Position numbers and translations under genes: made by a program. Below the pieces are notes generated by a model. It saw nothing but the letters and a program-made list of their open reading frames with translations, was not told the DNA's origin and searched no databases. Below are positions 26,319 through 36,813 of a DNA stretch of 64,000 bases, in pieces. Source of the DNA: an uncultured Spirochaetaceae bacterium (GTDB lineage: Bacteria > Spirochaetota > Spirochaetia > DSM-27196 > CAZPXH01); NCBI GenBank assembly GCA_964591085.1, contig CAZPXH010000006.1, positions 12,873-76,872 of the forward strand, read 5' to 3'. How positions within the stretch are numbered: position 1 is the first letter of the stretch; every line of letters starts with the position of its first letter.

Positions 26319-26899
26319 GCGCCGGCCCCAGGGTTCAGTTCCGGGTGCCCGCGGAAATAGCGCTGCAGAAACGCAAGCCCGGCAAGCATGATGGAGGACT
26401 CGTCAAACTCGGGAGTTCCGCTGAGCAGATCGGCGAGGGGAAGCCACAGGGGATCCGCTGCTTCATTCGGGTCCAGAGACTGCGGCCCTCTATCCAGTGG
26501 CTGTGTTGACAGGAAGGTGTAGACCCGGTTGGTCATGAGCGCCGGGTTGGGACTGGTCTGCCCAATCTGATGCAGCGCGCCGCAGGTCCAGCCGGTCTCC
26601 TCCCGCAGTTCCCGGCGCGCAGCACTTTCCCCATCCTCGGCAGGGTCAACGACACCCCCGGGGAACTCCAGGCTGTGGGCTTTGGAGCCGTGACGCCATT
26701 GCCGAACCAGGAGCACCTGCGCTCCCCGGAGCAGAATCACGTGCGCCCAGTCCGGCGCCTCCAGCACAAAGAAGGAAGCGGATCTGCCCGCAGGATGCGT
26801 TCGCTGCTGCTCCATTACGGAGAAAACCGGTGCGCGGAAGCGGAGGTGTGATGCTGTGGTAGTCCACGGGCGATCCATGGCAGCTGCATGGTACGTCAT
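26315..26899 (-). CDS. NUDIX hydrolase
   Basis: Nudix box [23 protein letters not shown]. 4-nt overlap with the AAA+ gene. Confidence 0.85.
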   Translation of the reverse strand: MTYHAAAMDRPWTTTASHLRFRAPVFSVMEQQRTHPAGRSASFFVLEAPDWAHVILLRGAQVLLVRQWRHGSKAHSLEFPGGVVDPAEDGESAARRELREETGWTCGALHQIGQTSPNPALMTNRVYTFLSTQPLDRGPQSLDPNEAADPLWLPLADLLSGTPEFDESSIMLAGLAFLQRYFRGHPELNPGAGA

Positions 26900-26967
26900 C
26901 CGGAGTCCGTGAGACGACCCACCACCGAATTGCCGACGGGTACCGTGGGCGGCTATGCTTCGGCCTC

Positions 26968-27900
26968 ATGCTTGAGCAGCTTCACGAGATTACCGACGCC
27001 ATCGTGGAGTCGTACCGCCAGATCGGCGGAATCAACAACCTGGACGGTCCGAATCTCCCCTCCCGCCGCGGAATTGAACTGATCATCGCGGATCTTGAGT
27101 CACTCATCTTTCCCGGTTACCGGGTTGGGGACGCGCTGGAGCCGGAGGACATCAAGTACACCATCGCGGAGCGTATTACGCGCCTTTCACGCAACCTCGC
27201 GAACGAACTGCAGCGGAGCCTCTGCTTCCGACGGCGGAGCGAGGGCTCACCCCTGTGTGCGGGCCACGGGATTGGCGGGCGGACAAGCCGGTGCCGCAGC
27301 GAGGGAGAAGAACTGGCCGTGGAGATTCTGCGGCTTCTCCCGGCCATCAGGGAGCGAGTGCAGCTGGATGTGGAAGCTGCCTTCCAGGGTGACCCAGCGG
27401 CAAGAAGCCGGGAGGAAATCATCCTCGCCTATCCAGGGGTGGAGGCAATCATCATCCACCGCATCGCCCACGAGCTGTGGGTCCGCAATGTTCCTCTGAT
27501 CCCGCGAATGATGAGCGAGTACATCCACGGAAAAACCGGAATTGACATCCATCCCGCCGCGCAGATCGGTGACTACTTCTTTATTGACCACGCCACAGGG
27601 GTGGTCATCGGCGAAACAACGGTGATCGGTAACCGGGTGAAGATCTATCAGGGTGTCACGCTTGGCGCGCTGAGCGTGCGCAAGGAGGAAGGTCACCGGA
27701 AGCGACACCCCACCATTGAGGATGATGTAACGATCTATGCACACGCAACGATCCTTGGTGGGGACACGGTGGTTGGCCGCGGTTCAATCGTGGGGGGAAA
27801 CGTTTGGCTGACACGCTCTGTGTCGGCCGGCAGCAAGATTTACCACCGGGCGGAAATTGATCACAAAGCAGCAGATGAGCTGGAACGGCCGGGAGTCTGA
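26968..27900 (+). CDS. cysE: Serine O-acetyltransferase (long form)
   Basis: Left-handed beta-helix hexapeptide region [43 protein letters not shown]-like N-terminal helical domain. Confidence 0.85.
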   Translation: MLEQLHEITDAIVESYRQIGGINNLDGPNLPSRRGIELIIADLESLIFPGYRVGDALEPEDIKYTIAERITRLSRNLANELQRSLCFRRRSEGSPLCAGHGIGGRTSRCRSEGEELAVEILRLLPAIRERVQLDVEAAFQGDPAARSREEIILAYPGVEAIIIHRIAHELWVRNVPLIPRMMSEYIHGKTGIDIHPAAQIGDYFFIDHATGVVIGETTVIGNRVKIYQGVTLGALSVRKEEGHRKRHPTIEDDVTIYAHATILGGDTVVGRGSIVGGNVWLTRSVSAGSKIYHRAEIDHKAADELERPGV

Positions 27901-27910
27901 ACGTGCGGCG

Positions 27911-28687
27911 TCAGGAGCGCCTGGGCCGGACCTGGGAGATGTAGGCGCCGCCGAAGTCCGGAATGACCGACAGCCAGTCCAGGAACTTTCCCGCCTCGTG
28001 GAGGTTCACGTACGGCCCGACGCGGAGGCGGTAGTAAAGCGTGTCCTCAACAGTCCGGGTGGATACCCGGCTGCCAAAGCTGAGGTCCTCCAGACGTGCC
28101 TGCGCGGTCTCAATCCGGTCGCGGTTGGGTGTGCTGAACAGCTGTATCCAGTACTCCACCTCGGACCGAGTGACTTCGATGCTGGTCGCTGCTGGCTGGG
28201 CCCCGGCTCCACTGGCGCTGGGAGCACTGGGAGTGCTCGTCTGTGGGCGTCGGGTGCTGGCCGGGCGCGATGCGATGGATCCGCTGCTGTCGGCCCGCGC
28301 CGCTCCCGTTCCCGCCGGAGTCTCCTGTGCCGTGCTGGCCCCGGGACCGGTGGTGTCCGGACCCGCCTGCGTCCCGGCCGTGGGAATCACCGTGGGACCG
28401 TCCGGTCCGGGCACGACAACCTCGTCCGCGAAGCGGATGGCAATCTCGCTTATCCCGTCCGTGCCGGTGGCCTCTTCGCCGGTGTCAGCCGTATCGGTAT
28501 CGTCTGGTATACCGGTCTCGCCGGGCCGCAGTGTCATTGAGCCGGCGAACGTGAAAGGATCATCGTCGGCTTCTGCGGCCATGGGCGCATCCCGCTCGGG
28601 GTAGAAGACCCAGATTGCCACCGCAAGCAGTGCCGCCACAAACAGGGTTGCCGAGATGATGATGATCAGGCTGCGATTCTGTTCCAT
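27911..28687 (-). CDS. SPOR-domain membrane protein
   Basis: N-terminal TM segment (LIIIISATLFVAALLAVAIWVF). Low-complexity Ala/Thr/Pro/Gly linker. C-terminal SPOR-like YWIQLFSTPNRDRIETAQARL...YYRLRVGPY. Confidence 0.72.
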   Translation of the reverse strand: MEQNRSLIIIISATLFVAALLAVAIWVFYPERDAPMAAEADDDPFTFAGSMTLRPGETGIPDDTDTADTGEEATGTDGISEIAIRFADEVVVPGPDGPTVIPTAGTQAGPDTTGPGASTAQETPAGTGAARADSSGSIASRPASTRRPQTSTPSAPSASGAGAQPAATSIEVTRSEVEYWIQLFSTPNRDRIETAQARLEDLSFGSRVSTRTVEDTLYYRLRVGPYVNLHEAGKFLDWLSVIPDFGGAYISQVRPRRS

Positions 28688-28692
28688 CGCCG

Positions 28693-29280
28693 CTACTTGC
28701 CCTCCCCGGCGCGCAGACGCACCAGCACGCGGTCCAGACGGCGGGCCAAAGCACGCCGACTGATGCCGTTGTATACCTTTCGAATATCGGCGGTGCTTTG
28801 GCGCAGGTGAAGCCGCAGATCCTGCTGGCTGCGCAAGCGCTGGAGGGCAGCGCGGATGCCACGGCGGTCCCGCCGGATTGCGCGCATGAGCCGCAGGAGC
28901 AGGGGGCTGTGGAGCCAGATCACGTGGTCACATGCCTTATCCAGGTTCATGCGGAACAGAAGCGCGGCATCAATCACTGAATCCGGCGCTGACCTCGCCA
29001 GACGAACAGCCCGGGCGCTCATCTGCGGGTGAACAATGGCCTGTAGTTTCCGGAGCTCGGCAGGGTCAGCAAAGACGCGGGCACCCAGCGCGCGTCGGTC
29101 CACCTGTCCATCCGGGCCAAGTACCTCGGGGCCGAATGCCTCCACAATATCCGAGGCGCGCGAGGCAAGTGCCTCGTGACCCAGCCGGTCAACGTCTATC
29201 CGGAAGAAGCCGCGGGAGGCCAGGTGGTCTGAGGCAGTGGACTTGCCGGCAGCAAAGGGACCAACCAGCCCCAAAATCAA
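28693..29280 (-). CDS. coaE: Dephospho-CoA kinase
   Basis: P-loop GLVGPFAAGKST, about 195 aa. 4-nt overlap with polA, the usual polA-coaE linkage. Confidence 0.85.
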   Translation of the reverse strand: MILGLVGPFAAGKSTASDHLASRGFFRIDVDRLGHEALASRASDIVEAFGPEVLGPDGQVDRRALGARVFADPAELRKLQAIVHPQMSARAVRLARSAPDSVIDAALLFRMNLDKACDHVIWLHSPLLLRLMRAIRRDRRGIRAALQRLRSQQDLRLHLRQSTADIRKVYNGISRRALARRLDRVLVRLRAGEGK

Positions 29281-32087
29281 TGCATGGCTCCCCAGCTCTG
29301 GCCGTCCTCAACGCTCACCCGCAAGGGGAGCGAGAGCTCGATCGCCTCCGGCATTACGCGCTGCAGAAGATCGCGGACCCCGTCTGCTTCATCTTCCGGG
29401 CACTCAAGAATGAGCTCATCGTGAACCTGAAGGAGCATGCGTGCCTGCATCCCGCTGTGCTCCAGCTCCCGGGCAACGGATATCATCGCCCGCTTGACGA
29501 TGTCTGCTGCACTGCCCTGGATTGGCGTGTTGACCGCAATTCGCTCAGCACCCTGCTTCTCGTTCCGGTTTCCGCTATTGATCCCCGGTATCCGGCGTTC
29601 CCGCCCCAGGATGGTGCGGACCACGCCACGTTCCTCTGCTTCCTCAACGGTGCGCTGAATGAAGGATCGGATTCCGCTGTAGGTCTGGAAGTAGCGGTCA
29701 ATAAATCCCTGGGCATCACCCCGTGGGATCCCAAGCTCATTGGACAGCCGGAAAGAGCTCATGCCGTACATCACTCCGAAGTTGATGGTCTTGGCAATTC
29801 GCCGTTGATCCGCGCTGACCCCTTCCGGCGCTACCCCGAAGATTAGGGCCCCGGTCTCCCGGTGGACGTCCTTGCCCTCCCGGAAAGCAGACAGCAAGCC
29901 GGGGTCACCGCTGAGGTGTGCCAGGACCACCAGCTCAATCTGAGAATAGTCGGCCGAAACAAAGCGCCAACCCGGTTGCGGAACAAAGGCTTCCCGGATC
30001 CGGCGCCCTTCCTCATCCCGAATAGGGATGTTCTGCAGGTTTGGGTCTGTACTGGACAGACGACCAGTTGCGGTCCCGGTCAGGTTGAAATGCGTGTGCA
30101 GTCGGCCCGTGTCGGGGTTGATAAGGCGCGGGAGTGCCTCCACGTAAGTGCTACGGAGCTTGGAGAGCGTTCGGTGCCGCAGGACCAGCTCCGGCACGGG
30201 ATCCTCCCGCGCCAGCTGTTCCAGCACGCTTGTATCCGTTGAATAGCCGGTCTTGGTCTTCTTCACCGGCTTCAGCTCGCGCTCGTCAAAGAGAACTGTC
30301 TGTAGCTGCTTTGTGGAGGCGATGTTGAATTCATGACCCACCAGTTGGTAGATTTTCTGCTCCAGTCGGGTCAGCTCACCGGCAAGCTCGCCGTCATAAG
30401 CATTGAGCTGGTCCGCGTCCAGCCGAATCCCGCGGAGCTCCATCTGCGCCAGGATCGGAATCAGGGGCATCTCCGTTTCCAGAAACAGGGAGTCAAAGCC
30501 ACGGCGGTGGAGCTCCGGCTCAAAGACCTTCCACAGCCGCAGAGTGATATCCGCATCTTCTGCGGCGTAGTCGAGCGCCCGGTCCAGGGGCACGCTGCTG
30601 AACACGCCGGGCTTCCTCCCGGGGAAAAGGTCCGCATAGTGGATTGTCCGGTAGCCGAGATACTGCTCCGCGAGAATATCCATGTTGTAGCGGTTGGCTG
30701 TGGTATCCAGCAGCCACGCAGCCACCATGGTGTCCGCAATCCGGGACGGGGCCCCACTGCCAAAGCGGGACAGAACCTTGTAGTCGTACTTGAAATTCTG
30801 TCCCACAACCAGCACGTCTGCGGCGAAGAGCCTGCCCAGCGCGTCCCGAGCTGCATCCGCTGAAATGCCGGCACCATCCGGACCAACGAGTACCGCGTAG
30901 CAGGCATCACCAATGTCCAGCGCCAGGGAGATACCAACCGGCTCCGCGTGGAGGCTGTTGATGTCCGTGGTCTCCAGGTCGAGGGCGCAGACCCCGGCTT
31001 CAATGGCTCGGTTGATCCAGGCATTCAAGTCTTGCGCGCTTTGCAGAAGCTTGTAGCTCCCCCGGGCGTCCCGGCTGAGCTCCGGCGGCACAACCAGGCC
31101 AGAATCATGACGAGCGGACGCGGGATCTGACAGCGCACCGGAAGGATCCAGGCCCTGATCAAGCCTCTGGTCCCGCGGGCGCGCCGGCGCGGCGGCTGCA
31201 CCGTCTTCCGGCACCTCAGCATCATCCCCGGCAAAGTCGCGCGCAACCCGCTCCATCCCTTCACGCAGAAAGAGCGGAGCGGCGGCAGCTCCGTCCATTT
31301 CAGCGATACTGAAGTCCTCAATACTCGATTCAATCGGCACGTCGGAAGCGAGTTCCACCAGCGTCCGGCTGAGGAAGGCCCGATCCCGCCCCTCCTCCAG
31401 CTTGCGTCGCCAGCTGTCGCTCTTGATATGTTCCAGCCGTTCGTAGATGACCTGAAGGGTCTCGTACTCCTGCAGGAGCTTTGCGGCGGTCTTCGCACCA
31501 ACGCCTGCTACACCGGGAACGTTGTCCGAGCTATCACCCACCAGGGCCAGGTAGTCCCCGATCTGCTCGGGCCCGACGCCCCAGGCCTCACGTACCGCTT
31601 CCGGGCCAAGATCGTGGAACTCACCCTTGTCCTGCTTCAGCACGTGAATGTCGTCAGTGACAAGCTGAAGGAGATCCTTGTCTGCGCTGATGACCCGTGC
31701 CGGACGCCCTTTCTCACGGCAGCGCCGCACAAGGGTGGCGATCACATCATCCGCCTCGTACCCATTCACACGGAGCACAGGAATCCGGAGCGCAGCCAGA
31801 ATCTCCTCCACCACCGGGATCTGCGCCTTCAGATCGTCCGGAGACTTCTCCCGGGTTGCCTTGTATTCGGCGTAGGCCTGGTGGCGGAATGTCGGGGTCC
31901 GCGAGTCCATTGCCACTACCAGGTACTCCGGCTGCTCCAGGCGCAACAACATGTGAAGGCTACGGAAGAAGCCAAAGACGGCAGAGCTGTTCTGACCGGC
32001 TGGATTGGTGAGCGGTCGATTGATAAAGGCAAAATAGGACTTGTAGATGAGGCCGTAGCCGTCCAGCAGGTAGAGAACCGGGTTCAC
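29277..32087 (-). CDS. polA: DNA polymerase I
   Basis: 5'-nuclease N-terminus (LLDGYGLIYKSYFAF), 3'-5' exo region, and pol motifs (DYSQIELVVLAH, RRIAKTINFGVMYG, QVHDELILE). Confidence 0.95.
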   Translation of the reverse strand: MNPVLYLLDGYGLIYKSYFAFINRPLTNPAGQNSSAVFGFFRSLHMLLRLEQPEYLVVAMDSRTPTFRHQAYAEYKATREKSPDDLKAQIPVVEEILAALRIPVLRVNGYEADDVIATLVRRCREKGRPARVISADKDLLQLVTDDIHVLKQDKGEFHDLGPEAVREAWGVGPEQIGDYLALVGDSSDNVPGVAGVGAKTAAKLLQEYETLQVIYERLEHIKSDSWRRKLEEGRDRAFLSRTLVELASDVPIESSIEDFSIAEMDGAAAAPLFLREGMERVARDFAGDDAEVPEDGAAAAPARPRDQRLDQGLDPSGALSDPASARHDSGLVVPPELSRDARGSYKLLQSAQDLNAWINRAIEAGVCALDLETTDINSLHAEPVGISLALDIGDACYAVLVGPDGAGISADAARDALGRLFAADVLVVGQNFKYDYKVLSRFGSGAPSRIADTMVAAWLLDTTANRYNMDILAEQYLGYRTIHYADLFPGRKPGVFSSVPLDRALDYAAEDADITLRLWKVFEPELHRRGFDSLFLETEMPLIPILAQMELRGIRLDADQLNAYDGELAGELTRLEQKIYQLVGHEFNIASTKQLQTVLFDERELKPVKKTKTGYSTDTSVLEQLAREDPVPELVLRHRTLSKLRSTYVEALPRLINPDTGRLHTHFNLTGTATGRLSSTDPNLQNIPIRDEEGRRIREAFVPQPGWRFVSADYSQIELVVLAHLSGDPGLLSAFREGKDVHRETGALIFGVAPEGVSADQRRIAKTINFGVMYGMSSFRLSNELGIPRGDAQGFIDRYFQTYSGIRSFIQRTVEEAEERGVVRTILGRERRIPGINSGNRNEKQGAERIAVNTPIQGSAADIVKRAMISVARELEHSGMQARMLLQVHDELILECPEDEADGVRDLLQRVMPEAIELSLPLRVSVEDGQSWGAMH

Positions 32088-32110
32088 AATGGGCGGAAGT
32101 ATACGCCCGC

Positions 32111-32638
32111 TCAGGCCTGCAGATCGATGAAGGATGGGTGTTCGGGCCCGCGGGATCTCCGGACGGCCGGATCCCTCTGCCTAAGGCGTGTCAGCTGCTC
32201 CCGGACCTCAGGCATGCGTTGCCGGATAGCCTCCAGGGTCGCGCTGTTTTCCGCCATGGCAGCCCTGCGAAGTTCTTCCACCCTCCACAGAGCATGGAGC
32301 ACGCCAGCAAATGCAGGCCGGGGTCCGGCACCATCGGATCCGGCGGGCCTGCTGTTCGGCCAGCTCAGGCCAAGCTGATCCAGAAGGGGATGGATGCAAC
32401 GAGCCAAATCCGTCATTCGGCGGGTAGTCACGGCCTCGGCCTGCATAAGCCGTTGCAGAGACTCCAGGTTCCCGGATGCTGCAGCGGCTCGCTGAGATTG
32501 CATGAGGTCTGGATAGCGGTTCAGTTCAGTCTGGAGGCTTTCGATGTAGGAGCACAGGCGCTCCCGGACGGCTTGGAGATCTGGGGCTCCGGCGAGCCCT
32601 CTGCGCTGGGATGTCGGCAACGTAGGATCTGCCGTCAC
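32111..32638 (-). CDS. Hypothetical helical protein downstream of fliS (possible flagellar chaperone-like protein)
   Basis: 175-aa ORF, 4 nt after the fliS stop. Helical with no recognisable motif. The functional guess rests on position only. Confidence 0.45.
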   Translation of the reverse strand: MTADPTLPTSQRRGLAGAPDLQAVRERLCSYIESLQTELNRYPDLMQSQRAAAASGNLESLQRLMQAEAVTTRRMTDLARCIHPLLDQLGLSWPNSRPAGSDGAGPRPAFAGVLHALWRVEELRRAAMAENSATLEAIRQRMPEVREQLTRLRQRDPAVRRSRGPEHPSFIDLQA

Positions 32639-32642
32639 GGGA

Positions 32643-33068
32643 TCAGCCGGCGATGTTGATTCCCGGCCGCTGCATTGGTGCTTCTTCCGCCTGGAGATGC
32701 GATATCTGCGCCCAACTCTCCCGGAGCTCGCCGAGCATCCGCTGGACCTGCTCCATTCGCCCTGCGTCCTTCTTTAGATTCGCCTGGAAAAGCTGCTGGT
32801 TGAAGTAGAGGTAAAGCCGGAACAGATTCTCCGCAACCTCGCCTCCGCGGTCCATATCCAGAGCAACGGTGAGCTCGGTGATGATATCCTGGGCTTTCTG
32901 CACGGCTGCGTTCACTTTGTCCAGCTGCTTGCTGCCTTCCCGGACGAGCGTTACCGCGGTCCCAATCTGCGCAGCGGCTTCATCGTACAGCATCAGAATC
33001 AGCTTGCCCTGGCTCGCTGTCCGGATTCCGGTTTCGCGGTACGCGCGAGCCTGACGGTCATAGGACAT
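32643..33068 (-). CDS. fliS: Flagellar export chaperone FliS
   Basis: MSYDRQARAYRETGIRTASQGKLILMLYDEAA..., typical FliS N-terminus and size (141 aa). Confidence 0.88.
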   Translation of the reverse strand: MSYDRQARAYRETGIRTASQGKLILMLYDEAAAQIGTAVTLVREGSKQLDKVNAAVQKAQDIITELTVALDMDRGGEVAENLFRLYLYFNQQLFQANLKKDAGRMEQVQRMLGELRESWAQISHLQAEEAPMQRPGINIAG

Positions 33069-33145
33069 GCACCAACCCCCCTGTCTCTCGTTTTACTATC
33101 GGTGCCCGGCGTGCCGGAGTGAACCCGTTGTGGATGAGCTGAGTG

Positions 33146-35479
33146 TCAATTGCCAACGGAAACAGACTCCCGTGCGCGTTCCACCAGCGTGGAGACCGGC
33201 ACAATCGAATAGCCGCGCTCCAGCAGCGCGTTGATCAGCACGTCCAACGAGTCAAACAGATAATCGTCCCGCGCGGGAAGCCCGTCCTCGTCTACAGCAC
33301 CGCCAGCGGTCATCGCGATGATTGAACCCGGCTGCTTCAGCTCCAGAGTCCGCTCCAGCAGCTCTGCGCTCGGGAGATACAGTCCGCCGGAAGCCGCACT
33401 ACCGCGCTGCGGCACCCAGTCCAGGGCGTCCACGTCGCGGCCAACGGTCAGGTAGTTCATGGTGGCGGCGGCCTGCACCACATCGCTTCTGGTGAAGTAG
33501 AAGGGAGCGTGCCACAACAGGGCAAGCTCCCGGCCGGTAATCTGGAAGTAGTCGTCCTCGTTCCGGGCCAGTCCCTCCCGAATGAAGTCCGGCCCCACCT
33601 CAAACTCTGCGCCGGCCAGATTGAAGTAGGTGTAGAACAGGTTCCCTACCTCGTGTCCGCTCTCGGCTATCTCCCGGACCGCTCCGGGATGCTGCCGGAT
33701 GGCGTCACCGTTCACAAAGAAGGTGGCTGTGACGCCGTACTCTTCAAGCGTGTCCAGAATGGTAGTCAACCCATCCACGGATGCAGTGACGTCAAACACC
33801 AGGGACACTTCCCGCCGCCGTACTCGGGACCCGTTGGTGAAGTTAGTAAGGCTGACACGTGCATCCCGCTCCGGGAAAGGCTCAAACTCGCGCTCTGGAA
33901 GCTCAACCAGCGGAGCCGTGCCGAACCCGCCGCGAGACTGACGCAGCATCACCACGTTTCGGTAGCTACCGGTAACCTGGGGCTCCAGGTACACACGGAA
34001 GCGGTCCCCGGCCACCGCAGGTTCGGCCAGCTCGGGAGCTTCCGCCAGCGTGGCAAGCCCGGCGTCCGTCAGCCCAAGCCAGCGCCCATTAACCAGCATC
34101 GCAGCACCTTCGCCGGCGACCGGCCTCCCAAAGGCATCCGCCTGGGACGCGGCAATCAGATCCCGGTCCGCGGTCTGCAGATTCACTTCCTCGGTGTACT
34201 GCCGGCCGGCAATGGCAATTCGCGTTGATCCCCGCCATACCACGTGCAGGGGGTCCGGATGGCTGATGCTGTCCAGCTGCTGCCAGGTCCGGTAGTCCCG
34301 GATCACGACTCGATCGTTCATAAGGACTGCGGCCCGAGCCTCGTCCGGACTGAGGACCACATTGCGCACGTTCTGGTCACTGGTCTGCTCAAAGCCGAAC
34401 TCGCCGTTCTGTTCTACAAGTCGGTAAACCCGGCTCTCGGGGGTTCCGCCTGCGCGGCCACTGGTCAGAACGGTGATCACGTTTCCGCGGGACCACAGTA
34501 CTCGCCCAATATTGGCGCTGCGGGGGAGGAAGAGATATGGCAACTCGATGATGTCCCCGGTACCGGTGAAGTCGTCCGTCTGCAGCACGTAGAGGAAGAG
34601 GTTCCGGCCGCCCTTGCTGAACAGAATCCGGTCTCCCGCCGGTGCTATCCAGAAGCGGTCAAAGTTCGGGTCAAACTGGAAGGGAACCCGACCCGCAATC
34701 TGGCCGGTGCCCAGCAGTTCCCGGTAGAAGGCGCGGGTGAAGAACTCCACGCTGAGGATTGCAAAGACGGAGTTTCCGCGGAGGTAGTACAGCGTGTCCC
34801 CGCGACCCCAGCGGACGCTGGCAATCCGGCCTGGACCGATGTTGCGCAGGCGCTCCCCAACGACCCTCCCGGTGTCAAACTGCTCAATAGCAAAGTAGTA
34901 CAGTTCCCCCTGCCGGCTGTAGACAAAGAACCGGGAACTCGGCGCCCAGCGGGCTGGTACGTCTTTCAGGCTGAGCTCAACCCCGTTGCTAACCACCTGC
35001 TCGGCGTTTGCCTGCACATCCAGCATCACCAGCTCTCCGTAGGCCGACGAGGTCGGACGCAGGTAGAGCAGGAAGCGCCCGTCCGGCGATGATTGCAGGG
35101 GCGCAATCTTGCCAACAGGAATCTCTGCGCCCGCAGCAAAGCTGGGAAAGCCTGGAACGGCCTCCAGGATTCCGGAGCGGGAACCGGTCCGGAACACGCC
35201 AAATCTATTTTGGATCTGGATCTCCCCGGTCTGGGGGAGCACGCTGAGGTACTCGGGATAGAAAGTCAGGGGCTCAACGCCTCGGTCTGAGACGTCAGAA
35301 CGCAACACGGCCTGGTAGGAACCGAATCCAGGGGCCTGGACCTCCGCCGTGAAGAGCAACGTGTCCGCCGGAGAGAGATCCAGATCACCAAAGCTGACCT
35401 GTGCCAATAGCGGGGCGGCACAGACCCCGAGGCATAGCAAAACCGTGAGTGCGCGTTTCACACCACCCCCTTTTGTCAA
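33146..35479 (-). CDS. Secreted polysaccharide deacetylase-family protein with an N-terminal beta-propeller-like region
   Basis: Signal peptide (LTVLLCLGVCAAPLLAQ). C-terminal NodB-like segment (SLVFDVTASVDGL...ATFFVNGDAIRQHPGAVREIAESGHEVGN). The N-terminal approximately 500 aa are beta-rich. Confidence 0.72.
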   Translation of the reverse strand: MTKGGGVKRALTVLLCLGVCAAPLLAQVSFGDLDLSPADTLLFTAEVQAPGFGSYQAVLRSDVSDRGVEPLTFYPEYLSVLPQTGEIQIQNRFGVFRTGSRSGILEAVPGFPSFAAGAEIPVGKIAPLQSSPDGRFLLYLRPTSSAYGELVMLDVQANAEQVVSNGVELSLKDVPARWAPSSRFFVYSRQGELYYFAIEQFDTGRVVGERLRNIGPGRIASVRWGRGDTLYYLRGNSVFAILSVEFFTRAFYRELLGTGQIAGRVPFQFDPNFDRFWIAPAGDRILFSKGGRNLFLYVLQTDDFTGTGDIIELPYLFLPRSANIGRVLWSRGNVITVLTSGRAGGTPESRVYRLVEQNGEFGFEQTSDQNVRNVVLSPDEARAAVLMNDRVVIRDYRTWQQLDSISHPDPLHVVWRGSTRIAIAGRQYTEEVNLQTADRDLIAASQADAFGRPVAGEGAAMLVNGRWLGLTDAGLATLAEAPELAEPAVAGDRFRVYLEPQVTGSYRNVVMLRQSRGGFGTAPLVELPEREFEPFPERDARVSLTNFTNGSRVRRREVSLVFDVTASVDGLTTILDTLEEYGVTATFFVNGDAIRQHPGAVREIAESGHEVGNLFYTYFNLAGAEFEVGPDFIREGLARNEDDYFQITGRELALLWHAPFYFTRSDVVQAAATMNYLTVGRDVDALDWVPQRGSAASGGLYLPSAELLERTLELKQPGSIIAMTAGGAVDEDGLPARDDYLFDSLDVLINALLERGYSIVPVSTLVERARESVSVGN

Positions 35480-35511
35480 GTTTCGGCCGCCTCTGCCGGT
35501 GGGTGAAGCCG

Positions 35512-36813
35512 TCAGAGCAATTCTGCCGCGAGTTCCGCCAGTTCACTCCGTTCGGACTTCTCAAGCGTAACGTGCCCGAACAAGCGGTGCCCCTTGAATG
35601 TCTCCACCAGGTAGGAAAGCCCGTTGCTGCTTGCATCCAGGTAGGGGCTGTCAATCTGGTAAGGGTCCCCGGTGAGCACTACTTTGGAGCCCTCCCCTGC
35701 GCGGGAAACAATAGTCTTGATCTCGTGCGGGGAGAGGTTCTGGGCCTCGTCAATGATGATGAACTGGTCCGGCAGGCTCCGCCCGCGGATGTAGGACAAG
35801 GCCTCCAGCTCAATGGTGTTGCTGGTGATCAACTGCTCCAGATTCTTGAGGTTGGGCCGCTTGTAGACGCTCAGGATGAACTCCAGGTTGTCAAAGAGCG
35901 GCTGCATCCAGTGGGAAAGCTTCTCGTTCTTTGCGCCGGGAAGATAGCCGATGTCCTTTCCCAGCGGGATGACGGGCCGGCTCACAAGCACTCGGTTGTA
36001 GTACCGGTCTTCCAGGGTCATTCGCAGCCCAGCTGCAATGGCCAGGAGGGTCTTCCCCGTGCCGGCCTTGCCCACCAGCGTGACAAGCTGCACATCCGGG
36101 TCCAGCAGCAGGTCAAAGGCCATGCGCTGCTGCTGGTTGAGCGCACGGACCCCGGCCACCGCCGGCATCTTGTAGTCAACCAGCTCAAGGCAGCCCTGAG
36201 TGGCGTTGTAGCGCGCTATGGTGCTTTCGTTGCTGCGCTTCTCACTCAGGACCAGGAAATGGTTGGGATGCAGCTGCTCGGTCCACAGCAGCATTCCGGT
36301 CTCCTCCAGCGTGCGGAGGCTCTCATAGCTGGTGTTCAGCTCGGAGTAGCCCGCATACAGCTTCTCTATGTTGACCTTCTGCTTCTCGTAGTCAACGGCC
36401 TTGATTCCCAGCGCCTGGGCCTTAACACGGGCGTTGATGTCCTTGCTCACAAAAAAAACCTGGCGCCCCTCCTGTTGCAGGCCGTAGGCGGTCATGATGA
36501 TTTTGTTGTCCGCCTTGTCCATTGCCATTCCCATGGGGACCTCCGGAAGTGGCCCCAGAGCCACGCGCAGGGTGCTTCCGTTGTCCATCTTCACGCCCTG
36601 GCTGATGTCGCCGTTGCGAGAAATCTCGTCCATGATCCGGATTGCGTGCCTGGCGTTCCGTCCACGCTCGTCGCTGTAAGTCTTCAGGCGATCGAGTTCT
36701 TCCAGGACCCATAGCGGAATAACAATTTCATTGTCCCGGAAGCTCATGAGGGCGTCCGGCCGGTGAATGAACACGTTGGTGTCAATGACAAAGGACTTGA
36801 TCGGGCGGGCCAT
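35512..36813 (-). CDS. PIN-domain / PhoH-like ATPase (YlaK type)
   Basis: PIN N-terminus (FVIDTNVFIH), Walker A GKAGTGKT, Walker B FIIIDEAQN. The start is placed at MARPIKSF (36813). Confidence 0.9.
   Translation of the reverse strand: MARPIKSFVIDTNVFIHRPDALMSFRDNEIVIPLWVLEELDRLKTYSDERGRNARHAIRIMDEISRNGDISQGVKMDNGSTLRVALGPLPEVPMGMAMDKADNKIIMTAYGLQQEGRQVFFVSKDINARVKAQALGIKAVDYEKQKVNIEKLYAGYSELNTSYESLRTLEETGMLLWTEQLHPNHFLVLSEKRSNESTIARYNATQGCLELVDYKMPAVAGVRALNQQQRMAFDLLLDPDVQLVTLVGKAGTGKTLLAIAAGLRMTLEDRYYNRVLVSRPVIPLGKDIGYLPGAKNEKLSHWMQPLFDNLEFILSVYKRPNLKNLEQLITSNTIELEALSYIRGRSLPDQFIIIDEAQNLSPHEIKTIVSRAGEGSKVVLTGDPYQIDSPYLDASSNGLSYLVETFKGHRLFGHVTLEKSERSELAELAAELL

Noticed and set aside
28150-28560. 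Repetitive-looking GC-rich stretch that might be a tandem repeat or array
   Set aside because: It is the low-complexity Ala/Thr/Pro/Gly/Ser linker of the SPOR protein. It has no regular repeat unit or spacer structure, so it is not a CRISPR array or VNTR.
33069-33145. Possible sigma-28 (FliA) promoter upstream of fliS (minus strand CCGATAGT at 33097-33104)
   Set aside because: The -10-like element matches the GCCGATAA consensus only partly. No convincing TAAA -35 element sits at the right spacing. This is too weak to annotate.
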